Of a stretch of DNA of 64,000 nucleotides, positions 51,920-62,287 are shown one piece after another. Position numbers and translations under genes: made by a program. The stretch is from Dimorphilus gyrociliatus. Lineage: Eukaryota > Animalia > Annelida. The stretch is from positions 248,001 to 312,000 of the forward strand of contig CAJFCJ010000025.1 of assembly GCA_904063045.1 (NCBI GenBank). The letters run 5' to 3'. The first letter of the stretch is position 1. Every line of letters begins with the position of its first letter. The notes beneath the pieces were generated by a model. It saw nothing but the letters and a program-made list of their open reading frames with translations, searched no databases and was not told where the DNA came from.

Positions 51920-54703
51920 TTATAGCTTTGTAGTAGGTTTACTCATTGGCTCGTAAGTAGGTACATAGGCATCCGAATAATAGTTTGTCGCTAACGATAC
52001 TTGATTAATTGTTGACGGTATTTCATTTCTATATTCTTCTTCACCGCATAATTTTAAATTGCAGCTTCTCTTATTAATTTTTAAAATGATGAAAATCAGT
52101 ACCAAAATCAAAATTGTTGGGGAAATATAAAAGATAATTATTCTATAAGTTCTCCTTTCGTGTAAACCAATTATATCTGTGGAATAGAATTACAAAGTTT
52201 TAGGTTTTTACTCAAGAACGCATTCTTCTCCTACGCTGCCTGCAAAAGCCAGTAAGTGCAATAATAAAATTGAATATAGTGCCATCTACCGTACAAACTA
52301 TTGAACAATATTAGCAGCGGTTAGTAAACTGTTACCGATCAGCTACTTCAAAGAAATAACGTTTTCAGGGATTCCTGGTACGAAAGAATTACCATTTTCA
52401 GATAATCTATTGGTGTATTACAGAATTGGTCAGAGGCAAAAACTCAATCAAATTCTAGCGCAACATTGAAAGAAACTTGATGAAATTTATTAGAAGATCT
52501 TTAATTCAACTAAAGTCTTTCTCCATGATCGTAAAGGTGTAGTTAAAATGATACATAGTGAAGATAAGTATCCAGAGAGAGACACAGTATCTATACAAAA
52601 ACATTGGAAAGTTTGGATAGCATTGAGCATATCCTTCAGAATGATGGCAAAAGTTGGTGGAATCCTTACAAAAGATTATGTTTGTTAAGTTCCTGTTTAA
52701 GTACAAATCAAAGTTTCATTTGGAATGCTATGAAAAAGGACCGTAAAGTTACAGATATGGCCGAGAAATATACTAAAAAGATTCTGAGTAGCAAGAACAA
52801 ACATAAAGGTCTTATCAAAATTCTAATAAAACGTGGACTATCTGATCCTAATGCAGCTTCAATATCATCTAATTTATTGGGAGGTGAAATTGCAGAAATC
52901 CCACGCAGCTTATCATTTCTTCTCTATAGTTTGGCAAAACACACTGATAAAAAAAAGTTGGCTGAGAAGATTCATCATGCTCTGAGTAATGAACTTTGAC
53001 ATTTGATAAAATTGATGAAATGAAATAGTTGAAAGCTTGCTTAAAAGAAAATCGTAAAATTTTCCATCCAATCAGTGAAGGTACCACTAGGAAGGTTCCT
53101 GAAGATCTAACCCTCTGCGACGACAAACTTATCCAAACGAACTTCAGCTGTTTGGAATTCTGAAACTATTTCAAAGAGTACTGAATATCATATCTTCCTA
53201 AACCAGACAAATTTTTACCAGAAAGATGGCTTAGAATTGGCGATGACTCGGATGTTTTACACTCTTTGGTTCTGATAAACGAATGTGTAGTGGGAAGCAA
53301 GAAATTTATATGGCAGTGGTGAAATTACTTTACGCCTTCAGAATTGAAGATGGCGTCAACTTAAAACAGTTATTGATTTTTTTTTAAAATCAGATCGTCA
53401 ACTAAATTTCAGATTTATCGACAAAAGAAGATAAAAAGTTTTACTAAAAGAAAAAACTTGATACACTCTCTATTGTTGAAAAAAGAGAAACTAATCATTA
53501 TACTAATTCAATGAGAAATTAACAACTATTTTTAATGTAATTCAATGTCAAATAAAACCCAAAAAAACTTAAAGGGCGTCACTTTGATGAAATAAGCTAA
53601 AAAAAACAAACTCAAAACATATCAACTCACCATTTTTTGCGGTAGTTATATGGTAATCATATTTATTCATAAATGAACTAATCGAAATAGAATATGTCAT
53701 ATATTAAAAGTATTACATGAATAGGAACATGTTATATTACCTATCAGCTGTAAATTTGAATTGATTAATGGGATTATTAGTGGTTGAAGGTAAACAAGTC
53801 ATACTGTCATTTAATACAAGCAATCTACTTAAAATGCACATTAATTTCCCCACGGAGTAGCATAACTTCTTTATTCTGTTATAATTACTTGTACATTTAT
53901 TACTTTCTTCGTCGATAATACACATATTATCGGTCTTTAATAATTTAAAGCGATCTTTACATATTACCCTTCCATCTCTTAAACAATGAGTATCTTCTGT
54001 AAAGTAGCCCATACACCTACAGTTGTCACCGTAATACTGGATATTATTTCGAGTTGTACAAAAAATCTTTAATTATTTTTATAAAATTATTAATAAAGTC
54101 ATAATAATAGGAATTTGATTTATCAACTTTATATGATATAATGATAAATGTATCCATGAACATAAGTATCTTCCGTGATTTTGACCTTCTTTGGTATCTT
54201 AAAGGATGAATTTTATAAATAGTTTCCCACGATTCGCCATTTAATTTCGTGCTAAAAAGGAATTAGTTAATTAACTATTTATCATAATTAATTAAGCACT
54301 CATATATTACTTTAATGTGTCTAATCGAAATTTTAAGAATAATTCCCTATGACTTTCAGTTTCAATACGAAACGGACCATGTATTGTATCGAATTCCGAA
54401 TTAAAATCAATAACTGTTCCATAAGTTCCTATGGTTCCATTCGAATTGAAAAGCGGTTGACAACTTCGAGTATTCGACATGAAAGATGAACAAACATGAA
54501 AGGCGTTTAAACATATTTTATTTTTCGGTACTGTACAAGAGTAAATAAATATTTAGTTTATAAATATCTAAAAATAGCAAACCTTTTTGACATCCAAATC
54601 TTGATTCACTTGATATTAACTTAACAATATTTAATTCAACAGTATACATTGATGCATTTAATTTAATTAAGGTAAAAAAATAAAGATAAGCTATAATCGT
54701 CAT
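51920..54703 (-). CDS. Divergent Delta/Serrate (DSL)-like type I membrane protein: signal peptide, C2/MNNL, two DSL-like modules, TM and short tail, no EGF repeats (about 362 aa)
   Basis: complement(join(54703..54583,54530..54311,54251..54128,54066..53741,53677..53631,53596..53569,52142..51920)), phase-consistent (1089 nt). Signal MTIIAYLYFFTLIKLNA; MNNL-like VELNIVKL..CLNAFHVC..ISYKIFC; DSL-like C..YYGDNCRC..HCLRDGRVIC..C; TM IIIFYISPTILILVLIFIIL followed by KINKR; ends PTTKL*. The two small stalk exons are the least certain part (one intron is only 34 nt, or 49 nt with the alternative acceptor at 53582). Confidence 0.75.
52279..52291 (-). promoter_or_regulatory. CTCF-like motif (reverse complement cggtagatggcac)
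   Basis: TAGATGGCAC core, immediately 5' of the CYP pseudogene. Confidence 0.35.
52340..53360 (+). pseudogene. Mitochondrial-clan cytochrome P450 pseudogene, intronless, nested antisense in the Delta-like last intron
   Basis: Fragments read TFSGIPGTKELPF, SEDKYPER, NDGKSWW, SFLLYSLAKH (I-helix), MK*LKACLKE (TAG at 53026-53028 in the K-helix), PDKFLPERWLR and FGSDKRMCSG (heme motif, about 53265-53294). Several in-frame stops and frameshifts. Confidence 0.88.
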
Positions 54704-55406
54704 TCCTTTTTTTTCCAACTGACGTAAACTTGTATTTTTACATTATCAATTTAGTTAATATTTGTTAAATATTAAATAAAATCCTGTTTTTTTTAATTAC
54801 ATATAAAACGTAGATTGTAAATAAATATTTATATATTAATTAGCAATATAATGATATATATATATATATTGACATATATATGTATATATACAAATATATA
54901 TATATATTTGTATATGCATAAACATTTATGAATACATATATAGGGTATAACTTTGATACACTATATGTATACTGAATAGTAAGTCCTTTTTTTAAATTAA
55001 TTAATTTACATCATCAACAAAAGTTTAACGAAAGACGAAATTTATAATTAAATAAAGAAAAAATGTAAAAGAAATACAATACAACTAATGTTGTTCAAAA
55101 ATACGAAACTAATAATGACTTTTAGGACTGTAACGATTCAATTAAGTACAATTTCATTATTTATAGGGTCTTTAATTAAAAATATAATTTATAATATTTC
55201 AAATTCACTCCTAAATTAAACGTTGATTTACTTAATTTTGTTAACCAACTTTAAGGAGCAAATTTGAAATTTACACATCCATATCCGTACGAATGTAAAT
55301 TTGTTTAGGAGTGTATAGAACACGTTAAAAGGTGCTCAAAATTAAAATATCTCTAAAAGATTAAAAAAGTATTCGTACATGTCAAAAAACATGCTTGTAT
55401 AAATAT

Positions 55407-58400
55407 CTAGGATAGATAGGACATTAACTTTCTAACAGCATTAGAAAGATCGCATGATTCGAAAATAATTAGTCCTGTTGCATTTGTTACGGATAAAACT
55501 GCCAGCAAAGCCAGGGGAGATGAAATACCGTAGGCTATTACACAGTCAAAAGAATCGTTGGACATCATAATATCATCTACTAAACCAACTGTTATTGAGC
55601 GTTTACTTTCAATTTCATCATTTTTATTACTGATAGACTTGATGTTAATCATTAAGCCGAGATGCTTTATTATATCTGAAATGATGTTGTCATTTTCTGT
55701 GGCGAAGATAATCTTTTTGCCGTTGGACGATAACTCATACAATATCAAAATCAAATACGCTAACCTCTCTTCTACAGACGTTACTAAATTTACATAAGAA
55801 TTAATTGGTGGAATATCTGGATGACAGCAAGTAGAGTATTTTTCTTCACCCATTATTAATCTATTCAAGAAGTTATTACCAGTTCGAGGTAAGAGTTTCA
55901 AACTAGTTCTTATCCCTCTTACTCGAACTGGTCTAGAGAGAAATTCTATGCAGGAAACGCCACTATCCAAATGGCCATTTGATACTTTAAATTGAACAGT
56001 CATCAATTCCCCGTCTTCCATGACGTTGTCGACAAATCCATGACAAACTGACAGACCGTTGACTATGCAAACTAAATCATAACCATCTCGTTTGACGTCA
56101 CTAGCCGAAACTATAGGCAGACAACGGTCCAAACACCATTTTTTTAGTACAGTAATTTTAGCCTCATTTTTTCCAATTACAGTGACGGGAATTCGTCTGA
56201 CAAGAGCGGAAATACTAGAACGCTTTGTCACTGCTTCTCTGGCTCCTAGCTCGTCCACAAATTTCAATAATTTATTTGAAAAATATTCTATTGTCCCAGT
56301 TTTTGGTTCAGATTCAATTTTTTCAACAAAACATGAGCCAGGAGCTGATAAATGTTCAATGCATACATGAATAGATGGTGTTATTTTAACAAGTTGTATC
56401 TTTAAATCGGGTAAGAAAGATTCAGTAAATCTTAACTGGACGGTAAAAACAGATCCTGATAGTATTACCGCACTAAAGCTAATTGGATCAGAACAATCCT
56501 CTCCATCCACTACAACATCGTCAACGGATACTGTACGAGCACGTTCATCGTATTTCGCAACAGCAGCTTTAGCCTCAGAGAGGACATTCATGACTTTTCC
56601 TCTGTCCTCTCCTCTACCAACAATCGAATATATTAACTTCCAGTATAAATTACCTGGTAAAATAACCATATTCAAAATTGGATTTATCTCAAGTAAATTT
56701 CCTGCTCGAGGCTTTAGCCTCTGGGATTTGAAATCGAACACACGTTTATTCCACTTTAATAGACGTCTTCCGACTGCTATTTCTGTCATATCTAACACTC
56801 CAAGATGATCTAGTTCAATATAGTATTCTTGTTTATGAACATAGAATACTAAACCATTATTATCCAATCTAACGATAGTTGCTGATGCTAAGACAGAATT
56901 ATTTGGAGATCGAAATCTTTCCCTACAAAATTTATATGTTTTCAAATTTATAAGTGAGCTAGTCGCTGCGCTACATAATTCTTCAAAGTTCAAAGAATTA
57001 TCAGCATTATTAAAAATTCTTTGAACGCAAACGTCAAAATAATTACTACATGGCCTCGTACAACTTGTAATATTATTTACTCCATATTTTTCATTCCAAG
57101 TAATAGTATTGTCACCCGAAATGTAAAATTGTGGAACAGCAGTCTTTGCAAATTGACAGTAAGCGTAACAAGAAGTTGGGATATTTTCAATGTTCATTAT
57201 ATCTGTCAGTAAAAAGTCGTTACGTTGAAAAGTTTTCTTCCAAGCTTGCCTTTCTACATAAACAATATCCATTTTTTCCCGATTATTTCCCAAGCATTTA
57301 CAAATTGATTCACACCGACAAACCAGTCCTTGAGGTAACAAAGAGCGTTTTAAAACAATACAATGGGGTAACAAATTTGAAAATGTATGTCGTAACCGCT
57401 CATTGTCACTAGACCTTGGTTGAATAAGACGTGGAATATTTTTACCCATTTTTAAGACATAAATATTTACGGCAATCTCCAATTCTTCAACAAGTAAATT
57501 TCGTCTTTGATTTATTACAGAATTTCCCAGGCGGTTAAATCTCCAATGATCTGCAATCTTTTATAAGGAAAATTAAAAAACTTACAAGTACTAAAACAAA
57601 AGATATCAAACTTTATAATACTCTGGAGCAATAGACTCGCAGATGGTATCAATACAACAAACTGTTTTCTTATCAACGTCCATTCTTATAATTTCAAATG
57701 TTTTGTGATCTATTATAAACTCAAAGCTGAAGCAGAAAATCCGTTTGCCATTTGTAAAAGTAAAATATTCTTCAACTAAATTCCTAGGTACAATGTAGCG
57801 ATTCTCGGCCGTCATAAATAAAGTCCTAGCATAGACATCTAATTCCGAATGAGGGGGTATACACAAAGAAACGTCTGGCACGTGTAAAGTTAAAGAGTAA
57901 TCTGAAGCAAATTCCCTAAAAGAAATGGCTAATTGCCCATCAAGGGAACTATAACCAACTACAGCCTTGCTATCTTTATCAATTTGAAATTTTGGCTGAG
58001 ATTGTAAATTGTAATTTATGAAGAATAACTCATCTAGTAAATTTAACTGATCAGAAGTTGTTTCAGGTGATTTTAAAGTTCCCACTACAATTCCAATATA
58101 ATTACTAATATCGTCTTTCTCAAAAAAGCCCACACATCTGACGTAAAATAACATATTCTTTTGCCAAGGAACGTATTCTTTAAAAAATATTTTACCCGAT
58201 ATCATTATATCGAAAACAGCCACCTGTTCAGAAGATAAATTATAAAAAACGAGCTTAATTTATTAGAAATATTTTATTTCTAAAAGATTAAGATTATCTT
58301 ACCTCGCTAGGTGAATTTATATATTTGTCAAGTTGAAGTAATCGTATTCCAGGTACTTTAAATGGTTGAGCCATAGCAAATTGATTATCCTTCGATAACT

Positions 58401-60620
58401 GACAGACATATGTGGGAAGATTAGCAGTTCTATAGCCTTTAATAATACTAATGACTTCGCAACGATCTTCTTCTAATTTTTTTACTTTTGCAATATCTCC
58501 TATATTCCTCAACCTTTTAGGATTATTTATCTTCAAAATGGAAAAAGAATCATCAAAAGGAATCGCCCGAATCGATCCAAATTGATCCATATCTATTATC
58601 GCTGATATCCCCCTGTCGTTTTCACAGGGAATATCTTGTACCATAGGATAATCTTCGCTGTTATTAAGAACTCTTTCGTTTTCTTTTTGATCGTTAATAA
58701 ATTGAAAGTCCTCTTTAACATTACTATTTAAAATCAACTTTCCACAGTCGTTCTTAAGAACTTTAACATGAGAAAGTAAATCAGATACGCTTTTTAAATA
58801 GTAAATACAATGACGATCGGATCTTCGAAGGCATTCTGTGACTATTTTATCATTATCACTTTCTACTTCTTTTGTACTGTTTAGTGATATTTTAATAAAT
58901 TCATTAAAATTAATTCCTTCGTTGCTCAACATTAAAATCCAAATTTTCTTTTCTAACTCTGAGTGAGCCATTTGACAATCGAAACCATAAGGACATGGTA
59001 CGTTAAACACATACATTTTTTGGGCTATATCTAACTGGCAGGTTGTACTATACATGTAACTTTCACACATGCCTACTTTGTGATTAATTTTCACTTGATT
59101 AGGTAAATTTCGTATGACTGTTAAGCAATGACTATCTTGCATCAGATGACCTAGAGTATTAAGCAAAAAATAAGTGAATAATTAATAAAAATAAAGTATT
59201 CGACAGAATTAACTTAATAAAATAACCTAGAAATTCAATTTACTAACCTAAAACAATATTAGAATTCCAATTATGTTTATTATGACAATATAGATGATCT
59301 AGCTCGCTTTGGGAACTTATTATATTAGATTTTAAGCACAATGCGCAAAGAAGAGCGAATTTTCCAGGATATTCCTTAAGAACTTTGGCAACTTGTAATG
59401 TTCTTCCATCACCAATAGGGGTAGGAAGAGATCTTGGCGATTGTATGGGTAAAATTGGTATATTACTACTTTTCCTTTCGAAATTTGGTAATTTCCTTCG
59501 AAATCCTTCTGATTGTTGAATGATAAATTTGTTAATATCGAATTCGCCTTGCTTTTCAAAACTCCATAATTCTCTTTCTGCTCGAGAATGTGCAAAGCTA
59601 CATCTTTCTATTCCTACACTACAAACGCCTTGTCCAGTAGCTTCGTGGCATAATACATATCGGCCATTAAATTGTCCATTGTCTTTTCGTTCCCTAATAG
59701 CTATCCATCTCAAAGATAAAGTGTTTTGTTCTTTAGCATCCTTCTTGTCAATTACATATAAGACATTTTGATTACATCTGTGAGAATTATTTAACAGAAT
59801 AGAGCATGATTCACAACCTATTCGAAAAAGTGACGTTGGCTCCAAAGGGAACGAAATTGGGCCACAAATCTCTTGAGATAGATTTTCAGGGTTTTTTCTG
59901 TCTTGTTGAACAAAGGTGGAACCATTAAATGATGTCTTTGATTGTGGCGTAACGAATCCTGGGACGTAGTTTTTCTCATTGTCCGTTTCATCTTGCAGTT
60001 TTAAGGAAGGTAGTGGCTGACCTAGAATATCAAAAATGTATTAAATATTAAACTAAATTAATCACATGATTAAAGAAAGAACTGAAGACTTACCGTTATA
60101 ATATCGTTTGACATCACGAAGTACATCCTGAATTCTTAAAAGGCCTTTTCGTTCTTGATTCCAAAAAAAAATCTCAACATGCGAGTGAGCAAAAGTGCAT
60201 TCATTTTCTCCCACTATACATTCTTTTTTATTCTCATAATGCTTGCAAATTAAATACGATCCTTTATGATCCTGCAAAAGAAAAGAAATACATTTTGGAT
60301 ATTTGGTATTATAATATTAAGAAAGAGAGAGATTTTTGCTATTAAAAATCCATTAATATATAGTTTTACAGAAAAGGCAAGATTAACAGTACAATAAAAA
60401 GTACCAAGAAAAGATTAGGTCTTATTTTGTACCATTCTCCATTACATCCCTTTCTTCTGACTATTAAGAAGGCTCTGCTACAGTCGTGCTCCATGTTTTC
60501 ATAAAATTTAACGCCTCCACTTCCTGGTTTAGTTCTTACAAAACATTTCTTACAGGCCAACTTCCAGTTATAATCGTGAAAACTATCAGGTAACTTAATC
60601 GAATGTTGCAGGTGCACAAC
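55407..60620 (-). CDS. HELZ2: Highly divergent HELZ2-like protein (three ZC3H7-type CCCH modules, cold-shock domains, degenerate RNB, S1, truncated degenerate SF1 helicase), at least 1590 aa; 5' end incomplete
   Basis: complement(join(60620..60405,60271..60094,60021..59248,59150..58303,58223..57612,57557..55407)), phase-consistent; the last intron uses an AAG acceptor and is less certain. CCCH fingers CKHY..C..CTFAHS, CHEA..C..CSFAHS and CPYGFDCQMAHS. RNB-like LHVPDVS..SELDVYAR and ITSCTRPCSNYFDVCVQRIF. HELZ2-typical QLVKITPSIHVCIEHLSAPGSCF. The symbol indicates family resemblance, not proven orthology. Confidence 0.85.
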
Positions 60621-61228
60621 CTGTTGTAAGATTTATCATGAAGATATTAACATGTAAACACTTATTTAAAATGCTTATAATAATACTATTTAAAGAAAAA
60701 CCAATTGACACAAGTGTATGGTCACCTTTTCACATAAATTATATATTGTTATTCTATATACTTTTAGGCTCGATATAAAGGATATGCATACACGCTATTC
60801 TCTATGTAAAAATTGTTCATTGCCTATTGGTGCAATTTCAGAGGTCAGCTTATCTACGTATTCTGCATCTTCTTAATCACGCAGTAGCTGCTCATCAAGT
60901 AGGCTCGAGTTTCATCAGACATAAAAATTATCAAACTCTTTTCATCGACTATAAATAATAATAATAGTCCGCAATGTATTTCCAACCAGTAATGCTAGTA
61001 CACTTTTTTACTAAGCAAGTGTCTATTAAATCTCAAGAAATGATAAAATTTAGATATTCCAAAAAGGATACGAACCATTGAGAAAGACGCTCTCTGCGAT
61101 GTCATCTATATAAAATGAATTAATTGTAACTTGTCGAAAAGTCCTTATTAGATCCAATCGTCTTTCTCCATGAATTACAAAAGAAAACTTCTTTAAAAAG
61201 CCTTTGAATTTATAGTATTTTGGCTAAT

Positions 61229-61243
61229 AGCGCCATCTACCAT
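61229..61243 (-). promoter_or_regulatory. CTCF-like motif (reverse complement atggtagatggcgct)
   Basis: TAGATGGCGCT core. Confidence 0.45.
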
Positions 61244-61362
61244 ACAATATAATTTGTAGTGATATTTCAAAACTCTTCGTTTTACAACCTCTACTCTTTC
61301 TGTATAATTTGTTAATTTTTACCTATAATGTAGTTATTTTGTTGTTAAATGGTCGCCTTACA

Positions 61363-62287
61363 ATGAATAAACGTGCAAACAATTCTAACTTTCTATCATC
61401 AAGGTATCGACTAAAATAAAAAAAATTACAAAGAGAATAGGTAAAACTAGTTCTACGCTCTTAAACAAAATAACGACTTTGGTGCTAATTTTTTTGCATT
61501 AATTATAGAATGCAGCCAAAGTATATCTACTGATAAAGGACATTTTATCTAAGTAAATTACAAAACATCTTTATTCTTATTATGTTCTTTAAATTAATTA
61601 AAATTTTTAAAGAGAAGGATCGATTTTAATAATTCTATATTTTACGGGGAGAAAATGTTCGGATTCATTAAATTTATTAGAAAAGGTAATGTTTTAAAAC
61701 CGTTTCGAACATTAAAGGATCTATAGAGATAAAAGAATGTGAAGAAAATAATGAAAGAATGAAAGAAGGAAAGGAAGAAAAGGGAAGGAGTTTTTCTTTT
61801 GTTTATTATAAGAAACAAAGAAGCAGAGGAGATTTGTACGTGTTTTTAAACACGAAATAAACATTCTAGAAAACTCTCGTAGTTTTGTTCTTCCAGAATA
61901 ACGTAAAGAAAAAAAAATAACGTACATAAATTTTACATCAATATTTCTTTTAATATTATTTTTATATTAAAAAATTATATTAATTTTTAAACTATTGTGA
62001 AAAGGTGTAGGAAATATTTTCTTTAATTTGTTACGCCATCTATATTACGAACCTGTGATGAAATGTTCTTTCGTCTTTCGTTTGTTACTTTTTGCCATTC
62101 ACCACCTTCATCATCTTCGAGATTATTTTGATCATCATTTCTTGTCATTTTTTCTTTATAGTTTCCTAATTTTTCAAACGATTGTGCCATATCTGCAGGA
62201 ATATATATCCGTTAACTATTCATACTTTCTATATTGTTTGTAGACGTTTTAAATTGGAGGAGAAAAACGATGACTATTCTCTCAATG
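61363..62287 (+). CDS. Candidate start of a plus-strand gene: exons 61363..61403 and 62244..62287 (MNKRANNSNFLSSRRFKLEEKNDDYSLNG)
   Basis: Donors gtatcg and gtaagt, acceptor ttgtag, phases compatible. No family recognised. Confidence 0.2.
62035..62190 (-). CDS. Probable 5' coding exon (MAQSFEKLGNYKEKMTRNDDQNNLEDDEGGEWQKVTNERRKNISSQVRNIDG), likely belonging to the HELZ2-like gene
   Basis: Protein-like composition, upstream acceptor cctgcag and a phase 0 donor gtaaca compatible with the exon starting at 60620. Linkage is inferred. Confidence 0.5.

Noticed and set aside
55558-59771. Plus-strand and alternate-frame ORFs overlapping the HELZ2-like gene
   Set aside because: They are antisense or frame shadows of a long coding region.
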